32,000 nt of DNA from positions 2,332,543 through 2,364,542 of the forward strand of contig NZ_JBHSTI010000008.1 in the NCBI RefSeq assembly GCF_042660085.1. The letters are read 5' to 3'. Numbering within the stretch: position 1 is the first letter of the stretch; the number at the start of each line of letters is the position of its first letter. Below the pieces are notes generated by a model. The model was not told where the DNA came from. It ran no database searches and saw only the letters and a list, made by a program, of their open reading frames with translations. The position numbers and the translations under genes are program-made. The DNA is from Longivirga aurantiaca. GTDB lineage: Bacteria; Actinomycetota; Actinomycetes; S36-B12; CAIYMF01. Below, piece after piece: positions 9,001 through 19,503 of this stretch.

Positions 9001-9804
9001 ATGACGACGACTCCCGCCCTCGACCCGGGCCGTGCCGCGGCCCTCGTGGACGGCCTCGTGGCCGACCTCGCGGGCGCCGACGTGCCCGCCTCGGTCTCGG
9101 CGCATCGCACCCTGCACCGGTCGCGCCGCGCGGCCGCCCTCGGCCCGCTCGTGGTGCCGGTCAGCCGTATGGCGGGGCTGCTCGACGCCCTCGACGCCGA
9201 CCGCGCGTCCGAGCCGGTCGACCTCGTCCTGGTGGCCGATCGGGGCCTCGTCGAGGCGGCCGAGGCGCGCGCCGTTCTGCTCGACGACGACCGCGTCGCG
9301 CTCCTCGGTCTGCACCTCACGCTCCCCACCGACGGCCCGCTCGGCGACTCCGCCCGGCTCACCCTCGACTCGCTCGACTTCGCCCTGCCGGCCGCCGTCG
9401 GCGTGCCGGCCGCCCCCGGGTGGGAGCAGGCGCTCGACGTGCTCGCCGAGGACGGCGCCGAGCAGGCGCTGCTCGCCCTCACCTCGCGCGGTCCGAGCGC
9501 CGAGCACGTCGCGGAGTTCGTCGTGGCGTGCGTCCGCCGCGGGGTGTCGTTCGCCGTGGTGGGCGCGGCCGCCTCGGCGTTCCCCGGGCTGCTGGCAGCG
9601 ACCGCCGCAGCACTCGACGGGCGTGAGCCGGCGCATGTCGCCGCGGTGCTGCTCGCCGACGACCCCGCAGTCGCCCTGGCGGTGCTCGCGGACGCCGACC
9701 CCCGCGCGGTCCGACGTCGCCTCACGTCGATCGGCAGCAGCGACGCGGGCGGCACCCTCGCGCACCTCGTGTCGCTCGGGCTGCTCGCCGAGGCGGAGGC
9801 CTGA
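9001..9804 (+). CDS. Hypothetical protein (Ala/Leu/Asp-rich, no family recognised)
   Basis: A coding-like G/C third-position bias runs throughout. The stop TGA 9802-9804 lies 1 nt before the GNAT gene ATG, which suggests an operon. The start is uncertain: ATG 9001, or GTG 8962/8989. Confidence 0.55.
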   Translation: MTTTPALDPGRAAALVDGLVADLAGADVPASVSAHRTLHRSRRAAALGPLVVPVSRMAGLLDALDADRASEPVDLVLVADRGLVEAAEARAVLLDDDRVALLGLHLTLPTDGPLGDSARLTLDSLDFALPAAVGVPAAPGWEQALDVLAEDGAEQALLALTSRGPSAEHVAEFVVACVRRGVSFAVVGAAASAFPGLLAATAAALDGREPAHVAAVLLADDPAVALAVLADADPRAVRRRLTSIGSSDAGGTLAHLVSLGLLAEAEA

Positions 9805-9805
9805 G

Positions 9806-10393
9806 ATGACCGAGCCCGATCTCACCGACGCCGTCGCGCCGGTCCCCCTCCAGGTGGGGCCGTACCGCCTCGACGTGCCGGCGGCGTCCGACACCGCGGA
9901 CGTGGTCGCGGCGTTCCACGACCCCGACGTCGCCACCTGGAACCCGGCCGGCGGCGGCGAGATCACGGCCGAGGAGCGCGCGCCGCTGTGGATCGCGGAC
10001 CGCGCCACCTGGACGTCGCAGCACGCGTCCTGGGTCGTGCGCGACCACGACGGCACGGTGATCGGCCAGGTCTCGCTGCACCACCTCGACCACGAAAGCG
10101 GCACGGGCGAGGTCGGCTACTGGCTGACGCCGCGCGGACGCGGGCGCGGGATCGGCACGGCCGTCCTCGACGCGGCGACGACGTACGCCCTGGACACGCT
10201 CGGTCTCTTCCGCATCGAGCTCTTCCATGCTGTCGAGAACGAGGCGTCGTGCCGGATGGCGCTGCGCTGCGGCTACGCGCTCGAGGGCACGACGAGGCAG
10301 AGCTACCGGTACGGCGACGGCCTGCGGCACGACGAGCACCTGCACGCGATCCTCGCCACCGACCCGCGCCCCGAGGTGCGGCCGCCGGCCTGA
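9806..10393 (+). CDS. GNAT family N-acetyltransferase (RimJ/RimL-like)
   Basis: Motifs: WVVRDHDGTVIGQVSLHHLD..GEVGYWL.PRGRGRGIGTAVL (acetyl-CoA motif A, R-x-x-G-x-G/A) and ..FHAVENEASCRMALRCGYALEG. Confidence 0.85.
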   Translation: MTEPDLTDAVAPVPLQVGPYRLDVPAASDTADVVAAFHDPDVATWNPAGGGEITAEERAPLWIADRATWTSQHASWVVRDHDGTVIGQVSLHHLDHESGTGEVGYWLTPRGRGRGIGTAVLDAATTYALDTLGLFRIELFHAVENEASCRMALRCGYALEGTTRQSYRYGDGLRHDEHLHAILATDPRPEVRPPA

Positions 10394-10396
10394 CGC

Positions 10397-11650
10397 CTAC
10401 GGCACCGACTTGATGCGGGTGACGAGCACGGCCGAGAGCAGCGTGACGACGGCGGTGAGCACGTAGAGGCCGGTGTAGCCGAGCCCGCTCGTCACGATCG
10501 GCGCCGCGATCACGGGGGCCACGACCTGCGGTGCTGCGTTGGCGATGTTGATGACGCCGAGGTCGCGGCCGCGGTCGACGGCGGCCGGCAGCACCTGCGT
10601 GACGAGCGCCTGGTCGACCGCGAGGTACATGCCGTAGCCGAGGCCCAGGATCAGCGCCGCGACCATCGCGACGTTGAACACCGGGAAGAACGCGAGCAGC
10701 ACGGCGGAGACGGCCATCACCATCGTGGCGAGGATGACGTAGATCTTGCGCCTGCCGTCGCGGTCGCTGATCCGGCCGGCGATCACGGCGGTGACGATCG
10801 TCCCGAGCGCGTACAGCCCGATGAGGATGGTCTGGCTCGCGGCGGCGTCGTCGACCTTCACCTCGTCCTGCAGCCAGAACAGCAGGTAGAGCGTGGCCAT
10901 GGCGTTGCCGAGCATCATGAGGAAGCGGGTGATCCACGCCCAGGCGAAGTCGGGGTACTCGCGGGGGCTCACCCAGAAGCCGCGCAGGAACGGGCCGAGC
11001 TCGAACGGCGGACGCTCGTGCGGCTGCAGCGGGGTGTCCTTGATGCGCAGCACGAACGGCAGCACGAGGATCACGAGGAGACCGGCCGTCAGGAAGATCC
11101 CGGCGTCCAGTCCCGTCACGATGAACGACACGAGCGCGACGCCGAGGACGATGCCCACGGTCTGCGCCAGACCGACCCAGCCCGACACGAGCCCGCGCTG
11201 CCGCACCGGCACCTGGTCGGGGATCGTCGCGGTGAGCCCGGCGTAGGCCGAGTTGATCGTCGCCTGGCACACGCCCCACACGACGGCCAGCCCGATCACG
11301 GTCGACTGGAAGGCGAGCGCACAGATGGCGAGCGCGCCCAGCACCGAGCCCCAGAGCACCCAGGTCCTGCGCCGCCCGAAGCGCGACAGCGTGCGGTCCG
11401 AGAGCGCGCCCGCCGCCGGGTTGGCGACGATCGACATGAACGCGCCGACGCCGGCGATCCAGGCGAACGCGTTCTCCTTGCCACCCGATCCCGCCACCTC
11501 CTCCGCGAGACGGGGCAGCAGGTTCTGGATCGGCGTGTAGAACGCCAGCATGATGCCGAGGTTCGCGAGCACGACGGGCAGCACGTAGCGCGTGCCGATC
11601 TGCCGCGTCGGCTCCGCGAGCGCCGACGGCGCCTTGTCCTCCACGCTCAC
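10397..11650 (-). CDS. MFS transporter, probably a glycoside/sugar transporter co-transcribed with the beta-glucosidase
   Basis: It is a 417-aa polytopic ORF. GTG 11650 overlaps the bgl stop in a GTGA arrangement (11647-11650), which indicates translational coupling. LSDRTLSRFGRRR and ISDRDGRRK are MFS loop motifs. Confidence 0.85.
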   Translation of the reverse strand: MSVEDKAPSALAEPTRQIGTRYVLPVVLANLGIMLAFYTPIQNLLPRLAEEVAGSGGKENAFAWIAGVGAFMSIVANPAAGALSDRTLSRFGRRRTWVLWGSVLGALAICALAFQSTVIGLAVVWGVCQATINSAYAGLTATIPDQVPVRQRGLVSGWVGLAQTVGIVLGVALVSFIVTGLDAGIFLTAGLLVILVLPFVLRIKDTPLQPHERPPFELGPFLRGFWVSPREYPDFAWAWITRFLMMLGNAMATLYLLFWLQDEVKVDDAAASQTILIGLYALGTIVTAVIAGRISDRDGRRKIYVILATMVMAVSAVLLAFFPVFNVAMVAALILGLGYGMYLAVDQALVTQVLPAAVDRGRDLGVINIANAAPQVVAPVIAAPIVTSGLGYTGLYVLTAVVTLLSAVLVTRIKSVP

Positions 11651-13041
11651 GAACGACCTCCCAGGAACGACTGGAACCAGGTGTACGACGTCTTCGGCAC
11701 CCGCCGCTGCGTCGCGTAGTCGGTGTACACGAGACCGAACCTCGGGCGATAGCCCTCGGCCCACTCGAAGTTGTCGAGGAAGGACCACACGAAGTAGCCC
11801 TGCACGTCCACGCCCTCGTCGGCCGCCCGCCCGACCGCGGCGATGTGCTCGCGGAGGTACTGCACCCGGCGCGGGTCGTCCACCCGCGGGACGTCGCCGT
11901 CCTCGAGCGTGTCGGGGTAGGCGACGCCGTTCTCGGTCACCATCACCGGCGGCAGCGCGTCGCCGTACCGCTCCTGCTGCTGCACGAGCACCTCGCGCAG
12001 GCCGTCGGGGACGACCGGCCAGCCCATGTCGGTGACGTCCTCGGACGGGAACTGCTTGAGCTCGAACGGCAGCGGGTTGCCCTCGGCGGGTGCCGAGACG
12101 AGCGTGGGGTTGTAGTAGTTGATGCCGAGGACGTCGATCGGCTCGGCGATGACCGCGAGATCGCCGTGCGAGACGCACGAGCGGTCGACCGGGATGCCGA
12201 CGACCTCCGGATCGGGGTACTCCCCCAGCAGCACGGAGTCCATGTAGATCCGGTTCTGGATCGCGTCGAGCGACGCCGCAGCGGCGCGGTCGGCGTCCGA
12301 GTCGGTCTCAGGGTGGACCGGCGACAGGTTGTGCGTGATGCCGATGCGGAGATCGCCGTCTGCGGCAGCCCGCATCGCCTGCACGGCGAGGCCGTGACCG
12401 AGCAGCAGGTGGTGCGTGGCCGTGAACGAGTCGAACATCAGCACCTTGCCGGGCGCGTGGGTGCCGAACCCGTAGCCGAAGGTCGAGGCCACCACGGGCT
12501 CGTTCAGCGTGATCCACGTGTGCACGCGATCGCCGAGGTTCTCCACCATCCACTCCGCGTGGTCGGCGAAGCGCTGAGCGGTGTCGCGCTCGAGCCAGCC
12601 GCCGAGGTCCTCGGCCCACTGCGGCAGGTCCCAGTGGTACAGCGTCACGACGGGCGCGATGCCGTGCGCCAGCAGCTCGTCGACGAGCCGGTCGTAGAAC
12701 GCGACGCCGCGCATCTCGACCGCACCGTCCTCGGGCTCGATGCGCGGCCAGGAGATCGAGAAGCGGTACGCGTTGACGCCGAGACCGGCCATGAGCGCGA
12801 CGTCGTCGGGCATGCGCCGGTAGTGGTCGCAGGCGACGTCGCCGGTGCTGCCGTCGAGGATCTTGCCCGGCGTGTGCGCGAACGTGTCCCAGATCGACGG
12901 GCCCTTGCCGTCCGCGTCCGGTGACCCCTCGATCTGGTACGACGCCGTCGCCGTCCCCCAGAGGAAGCCGGCTCCGAAACGGTCGCGGGTCCGGCCGTCC
13001 GACAGCGTGCCGGGCTCGCCCGGCGACCACAGCGTCGTCAT
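11647..13041 (-). CDS. GH1 beta-glucosidase
   Basis: Motifs: FLWGTATASYQIEG, the acid/base TLNEP, the nucleophile VTENG, and ..FVWSFLDNFEWAEGY. Confidence 0.93.
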   Translation of the reverse strand: MTTLWSPGEPGTLSDGRTRDRFGAGFLWGTATASYQIEGSPDADGKGPSIWDTFAHTPGKILDGSTGDVACDHYRRMPDDVALMAGLGVNAYRFSISWPRIEPEDGAVEMRGVAFYDRLVDELLAHGIAPVVTLYHWDLPQWAEDLGGWLERDTAQRFADHAEWMVENLGDRVHTWITLNEPVVASTFGYGFGTHAPGKVLMFDSFTATHHLLLGHGLAVQAMRAAADGDLRIGITHNLSPVHPETDSDADRAAAASLDAIQNRIYMDSVLLGEYPDPEVVGIPVDRSCVSHGDLAVIAEPIDVLGINYYNPTLVSAPAEGNPLPFELKQFPSEDVTDMGWPVVPDGLREVLVQQQERYGDALPPVMVTENGVAYPDTLEDGDVPRVDDPRRVQYLREHIAAVGRAADEGVDVQGYFVWSFLDNFEWAEGYRPRFGLVYTDYATQRRVPKTSYTWFQSFLGGRS

Positions 13042-13106
13042 GGCGGCACCCTGCCACGCCGGCCGCGCGGATGCGGGCTCTACGGCGAGGTGTCAGCCGA
13101 TGCCGT

Positions 13107-13922
13107 TCACGGCTGCCGACGGTGCGGCACGACCGTGGTCCTGGCGGCCTTGTCGTGGATGGTCTGCCGCCACGGCTTGTCCCAGAGCGGCCACAGGTAG
13201 TCGATGATCGTGAAGAAGCCGCCGACGAGCGCCGCGCCGCCGCTCTCCACGGCCCAGCGGATGCTCGCCGTGCCCCAGGTGAGGCCGACGCTGTCGAGGT
13301 CGCGCGGGCGGACGCGGATGCCGAGCGCCCTCTTGCCGAGCGTCCGCCCCCAGCGCACGTTCTGCGGCACCTCGTAGACGAACGTCACGAGCAGGGTGAC
13401 CACGTTCAGGACCAGCGAGACCCCGGCGACGTCGGTGACCCACTGCTGCACGGCCTCGGCGGTGGGCATGCCGTCGGCGCCCACCGCATCGAGGTAGCGG
13501 GTGAGCGCCGGCCAGAGGAGCCAGAGCGCCACGGGCACGAGCACGATGCCCTCGATGAACGAGTCGATGATCTTCGCCATGACGCGCGAGCCGTACGACG
13601 CGATCTCGTACGGCGCCTCCGCGGGTGCGCCGTAGCGACCCGGTGCGGGAGCACCGTACGGCGGGGCGGGCGGAGGGGCCCAGCCCGCGGGCGGGGGCGG
13701 GTAGCCGCCCGGCGGCGGGACCGGTGCGGGGGGTGCCGCCTGCTGCCGCGGGGCGGCAGCCGGGGCCGAGCCCGGCGGCGGCAGCGCGACGGGCTGGCCC
13801 GGCACCGGCGGGGGCGTGCCCTCGGGCAGCAGCACCGAGGCGCCCCAGCGGGCGCCGTCCCACCAGCGCACGTAGCCGGCGCTCGAGAAGGGGTCGGGGT
13901 ACCAGCCCGGCGTCATCGCCAT
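13107..13922 (-). CDS. DUF2510 + RDD family membrane protein with a Pro-rich linker
   Basis: The N-terminal GWYPDPF..YVRWWDGARWG is the DUF2510 signature. It is followed by a Pro/Ala-rich linker and an RDD-type TM domain (..RVMAKIIDSFIEGIVLV..KRALGIRVRPRD..WDKPWRQTIHDKAA). The start is taken at ATG 13922; 13916 is also possible. Confidence 0.8.
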   Translation of the reverse strand: MAMTPGWYPDPFSSAGYVRWWDGARWGASVLLPEGTPPPVPGQPVALPPPGSAPAAAPRQQAAPPAPVPPPGGYPPPPAGWAPPPAPPYGAPAPGRYGAPAEAPYEIASYGSRVMAKIIDSFIEGIVLVPVALWLLWPALTRYLDAVGADGMPTAEAVQQWVTDVAGVSLVLNVVTLLVTFVYEVPQNVRWGRTLGKRALGIRVRPRDLDSVGLTWGTASIRWAVESGGAALVGGFFTIIDYLWPLWDKPWRQTIHDKAARTTVVPHRRQP

Positions 13923-14118
13923 GGCGTGAGCGTAGGCGCTGCCCGAGCACGGCCGGCGCACCGGACCGCCCGGCCGAGTTCGGTGAGCCTGGCCTTCCGT
14001 GACGGCGTTCACACCGGCAGCCTCGTCCAGCCGCGCGTCACAACCTGTTCTGCGCGGCTACCGTGAGCAGCGCTCCGGTGGTCAGATCGTCCAGCGCGCA
14101 CGGCAGGGGGTGGTCGCA

Positions 14119-14619
14119 ATGCCCGAGACCGCGGTCGACAGGATCGACGCCGCGATCCTCGCGCTCTTCGCCGCGGAGCCGCGGGTGGGGGTGCTCGAGG
14201 CCAGCAGGCGGCTGCGCATCGCCCGCGGCACGGTGCAGGCCCGGCTCGACAAGCTCGCCTCGCGGGGCGTCGTCACCGGCTGGGGGCCCGACCTCGACGC
14301 CGCCGCGCTCGGCTTCCCCGTCACCGCCTTCGTCACGCTCGAGATCGCCCAGACCGGCCACGACGAGATCGGCGCGCGTCTCGCCGCGATCCCCGAGGTG
14401 ATCGAGGTGCACACGATCACCGGCGGCGGCGACCTCCTCGCCCGGGTCGTCGCCCGGTCGAACGCCGACCTCCAGCGCGTGATCGACCAGGTCGTGGCCA
14501 CCGACGGGATCGGCCGCACGTCGACCGCCATCGCGCTCGCCACCCAGGTGCCGCACCGCGTCCTGCCCCTGCTGCTCGCAGCCGCGGGCGACGAGCACGC
14601 CGGAGCTGTCGACCGCTGA
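14119..14619 (+). CDS. Lrp/AsnC family transcriptional regulator
   Basis: The HTH region is RIDAAILALFAAEPRVGVLEASRRLRIARGTVQARLDKLASRGVV. The RAM/AsnC_trans_reg domain is AFVTLEIAQ..VIEVHTITGGGDLLARVVARSNADLQ. Confidence 0.88.
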   Translation: MPETAVDRIDAAILALFAAEPRVGVLEASRRLRIARGTVQARLDKLASRGVVTGWGPDLDAAALGFPVTAFVTLEIAQTGHDEIGARLAAIPEVIEVHTITGGGDLLARVVARSNADLQRVIDQVVATDGIGRTSTAIALATQVPHRVLPLLLAAAGDEHAGAVDR

Positions 14620-14768
14620 CCGCGTCCGGAACGGGGGGCGACCGCACCCCGTCTCCCGGCTGAGCGGACGACGATGGGCCGGTCGGGCCTGTCGTGCGCC
14701 GTCGGCGTGCTGCACCCTCGTACGGTGGTCGCCGTACCGCCGCCGTCCCGCACCGAGGAGCCCCGCCC

Positions 14769-16133
14769 GTGACCCGTCGACTCGTCGCCCCGGTCGCGGT
14801 GAGCGCTGCGGCACTCGCGGCCCTCCTCCTCGGAGCGCTCCCCGCCAACGCCGAGGTGCCGCCGGACTCCGGCGCCACGACCCCCCCGACGTCGTCGGTG
14901 CCGCTCGACGGGTACGACGCCTACGTCGCGGCGCAGACCCGCATGGCCGCCCTGCTCCCGGCCAGGGTCGCGGCGGCGCGGGCGCTCGGGCCCGCTCCCG
15001 GCATCCTCGTGAGCGACGCCGGCACCGGAGAGGTCGCGTACGCCGCGCACTCCACCACCCCGATGCGCGGCGCCTCCACCACCAAGCTGCTGACCGCCGT
15101 CACCTCGCTCGCGACCCTCGGCACGACCACCCGCTTCCCCACGACCGTGCTCGACGGACGACGCGCCACCGAGGTCGTGCTGCAGGGCGGCGGCGACCCG
15201 ATGCTCACCAGCGCGCAGGTGTCCGCCCTCGCCCGCAGCACGGCGAGGGCACTGGTGCCGCGCGCGCCGGCGGCCGGCTCGGCGACGACGTTCCGGGTCA
15301 CGGTCAAGGTCGACGACACGCTCTACCCCGTGCCCACCCCCGCGGTCGGCTGGCCCTCGCACTACCTCCCGTACGTCGTCGCCCCGGTGCGGCCGCTGAT
15401 CCGCGACCTGCGCAACAGCTGGGACTCGGCCAAGGACGTCGGCACGTACTTCGCCGCGCGGCTCGCGGTGGAGCTGAAGGCCGCGCTGGCCGCGCGCCCC
15501 GATCTCGCCGTGTCGGCGGCGTACTCGGGGAAGATGGCGGCGGCCGACGGCGCGCCCGTGATCGCCCGGTTCGCCGGCAACACCAGCGCCTCCGCGCTGA
15601 GGCTCATGCTGCTCGTGTCCGACAACGACGTCGCCGAGATGATGCTGCGCAACAGCGCCGTGGCGGCGACCGGAGCCGGCTCGTGGACGGCGGCCCGCTC
15701 GACCGCGCGCTCGACGCTGAACGGTCTCGGGATCGACACCACCGGCTGGGTGTTCGACGACGGCAGCGGGGTCTCCCGCACCGACCGGCTCACCGCGCGC
15801 GGCCTCGTGCAGCTGCTGCGGGTGGCGCAGTCCCCCGTGCACCCCGAGCTCGCCCCGCTGCGGGGCTGGCTGCCCGTCGGCGGCGTCAGCGGCACGCTCA
15901 AGGCGGCGAACGGCCGCTTCACGACGTCGCCGACGAGCTGCGCGCGCGGCGACGTGTTCGCCAAGACGGGGACGCTGTTCGACACGATCGGCCTCGCCGG
16001 CTACGCGCGGGGCAGCGACGGCAGGTTGAAGACGTTCGCCGTGCTGGTGCACCGTTCCGGGGAGACGTATCCCAAGCTCACCGTGCGGCAGAGCGTCGAC
16101 CGCGTCGCGGCGACCGCGACCGGCTGCTACTGA
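14769..16133 (+). CDS. dacB: D-alanyl-D-alanine carboxypeptidase/endopeptidase, PBP4 (peptidase S13) family
   Basis: It has SxxK (ASTTKLLTA), SxN (VSDNDVAE) and KTG (AKTGTL) motifs. The signal peptide is VTRRLVAPVAVSAAALAALLLGALPANA, and GAGGAG lies upstream of GTG 14769. Confidence 0.88.
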   Translation: MTRRLVAPVAVSAAALAALLLGALPANAEVPPDSGATTPPTSSVPLDGYDAYVAAQTRMAALLPARVAAARALGPAPGILVSDAGTGEVAYAAHSTTPMRGASTTKLLTAVTSLATLGTTTRFPTTVLDGRRATEVVLQGGGDPMLTSAQVSALARSTARALVPRAPAAGSATTFRVTVKVDDTLYPVPTPAVGWPSHYLPYVVAPVRPLIRDLRNSWDSAKDVGTYFAARLAVELKAALAARPDLAVSAAYSGKMAAADGAPVIARFAGNTSASALRLMLLVSDNDVAEMMLRNSAVAATGAGSWTAARSTARSTLNGLGIDTTGWVFDDGSGVSRTDRLTARGLVQLLRVAQSPVHPELAPLRGWLPVGGVSGTLKAANGRFTTSPTSCARGDVFAKTGTLFDTIGLAGYARGSDGRLKTFAVLVHRSGETYPKLTVRQSVDRVAATATGCY

Positions 16134-16142
16134 TCCCGGACT

Positions 16143-16182
16143 GGGTGCCGGAGAGGCACCTCGCGGTCCCTCTCCGGCACCC
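16143..16182. terminator. Hairpin between the convergent dacB and iclR-family genes
   Basis: GGGTGCCGGAGAGG (16143-16156), a 12-nt loop, then CCTCTCCGGCACCC (16169-16182): a 14-bp perfect stem. Confidence 0.5.
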
Positions 16183-16190
16183 CGAGCGGG

Positions 16191-16847
16191 TCAGCGCAGC
16201 GCGCGCGCGACCTCGCCGGCGGCGCGCAGCACCTTGGGGCCGACGTCGTCGAGCACGAGGTCTCCGAGCGCGAGCACGCCGACCGACGCCTCGATGCCGG
16301 CGACGCCGAGCAGCGGGGCCGCCACACCGACGGCGCCCGGCTGGAGCTCGCCGGTGGACACGACCCAGCCGGGCTCGAACGGGCGACCACCGGTCGCCCG
16401 TGCGGCGAGCACGGCCTTCCCGCCGGCACCGCGGTCGAGCGCATGGCGCGCACCGACGCGGTAGGCGACGTGGAAGTCCGAGCGGGTGGGCTCCACGACC
16501 GCCACGGCGAGCGCGTCGGACCCGTCGACCACCGTGAGGTGCGCGGTGGCACCCACGGAGTCCGACAGCCGGCGCAGCGCCGGGAGGGCGGCCTCCCGCA
16601 GGACGGGCTGCACCTGCCGCGCGAGCGCCAGCACGGCCATGCCGAGCCGGCAGCGGCCGTCGGTGCCGCGCCGCAGCAGCGCGTGCTGCTCGAGCGTGAC
16701 CACCAGGCGGTAGACGACGGTGCGCGAGACGCCGAGCCGTGCGGCGATCTCGGTGACGGTGAGGCCGTCCGACGCGTCGGACAGCAGTTCCAGGACTGAC
16801 AGCCCTCGATCGAGGGTCTGGCTGGTCTCTGCGACCACGCGATCCAC
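16191..16847 (-). CDS. IclR family transcriptional regulator
   Basis: The HTH region is LDRGLSVLELLSDASDGLTVTEIAARLGVSRTVVYRLVVTLE, followed by a C-terminal IclR effector domain. The start is taken at GTG 16847; the track start 17066 adds an implausible Arg-rich extension. Confidence 0.85.
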   Translation of the reverse strand: MDRVVAETSQTLDRGLSVLELLSDASDGLTVTEIAARLGVSRTVVYRLVVTLEQHALLRRGTDGRCRLGMAVLALARQVQPVLREAALPALRRLSDSVGATAHLTVVDGSDALAVAVVEPTRSDFHVAYRVGARHALDRGAGGKAVLAARATGGRPFEPGWVVSTGELQPGAVGVAAPLLGVAGIEASVGVLALGDLVLDDVGPKVLRAAGEVARALR

Positions 16848-17060
16848 CTCGGTCCCTCTGCTCGTGGTCCCTCGTGAGGACCCGTGTGCTCGGTGCCGGA
16901 AGGCGCGTGGCGCACCCTCCTCGGCAGTCCGGCCGGGCGACCGGTCTGTTGACCACTCTGCCCCAGGTCGGGCCGGTTCGGTCAATTCCCGGCGTCCGAT
17001 CTGCGACTCCTGCCACAACGAGGAGCGGTCGTGCGGGAGTTCCGCGGCGCACGTGGCGAA

Positions 17061-17094
17061 CCTCACGGACCCCGGCGTGGCGGGGGTCCGTGAG
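17061..17094 (-). terminator. Hairpin downstream of the hdeD-like gene
   Basis: CCTCACGGACCCC (17061-17073), an 8-nt loop, then GGGGTCCGTGAGG (17082-17094): a 13-bp perfect stem, 39 nt past the stop at 17133. Confidence 0.5.
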
Positions 17095-17132
17095 GCCCGG
17101 TGGTCGTGCTGAGAGCTGTGCTGCGGTGCAGG

Positions 17133-17693
17133 TCAGACGCCTGCGGCCTTCTTCACCTGGAAGGCGCCGACGATCTCGCTGACGCCGAGGACGATCAGCA
17201 TGATTCCGGTGATCCACACGATCACGCCGATCGTGGCCGGCCACACGAAGATGACGATCGCGCCGAGGATCCCGAGGATGCCGCCGGTGATCATCCAGCC
17301 GCGCCCCTCCATGCCCTTGCTCTGCAGACCGACGATCAGCTCGGTGATGCCGCGGAAGAGCCAGGCGATACCGATGAAGATCGCGAGCAGCGTCACCGAG
17401 TTGAGGAAGCTCTTGAACGCGAAGATCGCGAGGACGATCGACAGGATGCCGGAGATCGCGAGCAGCGCCCGGTGGTCCTTCTGCGAGAACGACTGCACGA
17501 TCTGGAAGATGCCGCTGATCAGCAGGTAGACGCCGAACAGCACGGCGAGGACGACGAGGCTCTGCTTGGTGAAGATCACCATGCCGAGCCCGAGCAGCAG
17601 CGTGAGGACGCCGAGGAACAGCAGGAGCCCCCAGCTCCGGCCGAGCGCGGCGAGGATGTCCTTGTCGTCGTAGGTCTCGGTGGTCGCGGACAT
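17133..17693 (-). CDS. HdeD/DUF308 family membrane protein
   Basis: The 186-aa ORF has 6 TM helices of the repeated DUF308 type (..GILSIVLAIFAF.., ..GILGILGAIVIFVWP..). A strong AAGGAGG lies upstream of ATG 17693. Confidence 0.8.
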   Translation of the reverse strand: MSATTETYDDKDILAALGRSWGLLLFLGVLTLLLGLGMVIFTKQSLVVLAVLFGVYLLISGIFQIVQSFSQKDHRALLAISGILSIVLAIFAFKSFLNSVTLLAIFIGIAWLFRGITELIVGLQSKGMEGRGWMITGGILGILGAIVIFVWPATIGVIVWITGIMLIVLGVSEIVGAFQVKKAAGV

Positions 17694-17854
17694 GCCGCCT
17701 CCTTGTGGTGCCCGGTGCTGTGCACGGTGGGTGCGCACGACCGGCGGGCCGTACGTCGCGTCCACAGTACGGGCGCGCGCCGGCCCGATCACGCACCCAC
17801 GGAGGTCCGTGGCCCACCGTGTCGTGCCTCGCCTCGGGCTGCGAGCCCCTGCGG

Positions 17855-18612
<758 letters not shown>

Positions 18613-18616
<4 letters not shown>

Positions 18617-19503
18617 GCCGTGCCGCTCGCGTTCTGCCGGGCGATCGACTTCTCCAGCACGCGGTCGGTGAGACGGGTGAGCGGGATCGTCACGAGCAGG
18701 AACAGGATCGAGGCCACGATGTAGGGCGTGTAGTTGAAGGTCGTCGACGTCTCGATCTGCGCGTTGCGGATCGCGTCGCGCGCTCCGAGGATCGAGACGA
18801 GGCCGATGTCCTTGAGCAGCGCGACGAGGTCGTTGAGCAGCGGCGGCACGACCCGGCGGATCGCCTGCGGCAGCACGACGTGGCGCATGGTCTGCGCCTG
18901 CGAGAGGCCGAGGCTGCGGGCGGCGGCGCGCTGGCTGGGATGCACCGAGAGGATGCCGGACCGGATCACCTCGGCGACGTACGCGGAGTAGGTGAGCACC
19001 ACCGCCGCGGTGCCGAGCACGTTGACGCTGGGCGGGGTGTCGGTGAGCTGCAGGGCCGGGACGCCGAAGCCGATGAGCAGCAGCACCAGCAGGAGCGGGA
19101 TGCCGCGGAACAGGTCGACGTAGACCGTGGCGAGGATGCGCAGCGGCGCCAGGGCCGGCGCGGTCGAGGTGCGCACCAGCGCGATGACCATGGACAGCAC
19201 CGCGATGCACACCACGGCGATCGCGGCGAGCCTCAGGTTGAGCAGGAAGCCGTCCCAGATGTCCGGGAGCACCTCGAGGCCGTAGGAGAGGTCGAAGAAC
19301 GTCTCCTGGACGACCGGCCACCCCTTGGAGGTGCCCACGACGACCATGAGCCCGCCGATGACGACGACGGAGGACAGGACCGCGACGAGCGTGCGGCGGC
19401 GGTCCTGCGCCCGGCGGACGGCCCGGCGCGCGAGCTCGTGCTCGCTGGGCGCCCAGACGGGCCCGGCCGTGCCGGCCGGGCCCGTCTGCTGGTCGTGCGT
19501 CAC
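18613..19503 (-). CDS. Polar amino-acid ABC transporter permease (HisM/GlnP family)
   Basis: The permease loop is AARSLGLSQAQTMRHVVLPQAIRRVVPPLLNDLVALLKDIGLVS. GTG 19503 overlaps the substrate-binding-protein stop in a GTGA arrangement (19500-19503). Only the C-terminal ~296 aa of the 1191-aa track ORF are real. Confidence 0.9.

Noticed and set aside
9001-10393. The GNAT gene plus its upstream partner as a GNAT-toxin/antitoxin pair.
   Set aside because: The GNAT is a RimJ/RimL-like type. The upstream protein is 267 aa with no RHH or DUF1778-like DNA-binding signature, and the gene order and size are wrong for the known GNAT-type toxin/antitoxin pairs.
13600-13870. Repetitive GC-rich DNA inside the RDD gene.
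   Set aside because: It encodes the Pro/Ala/Gly-rich linker (PPPVPG..PPPGGYPPPPAGWAPPPAPPYGAP). This is low-complexity coding sequence, not a structured repeat element.
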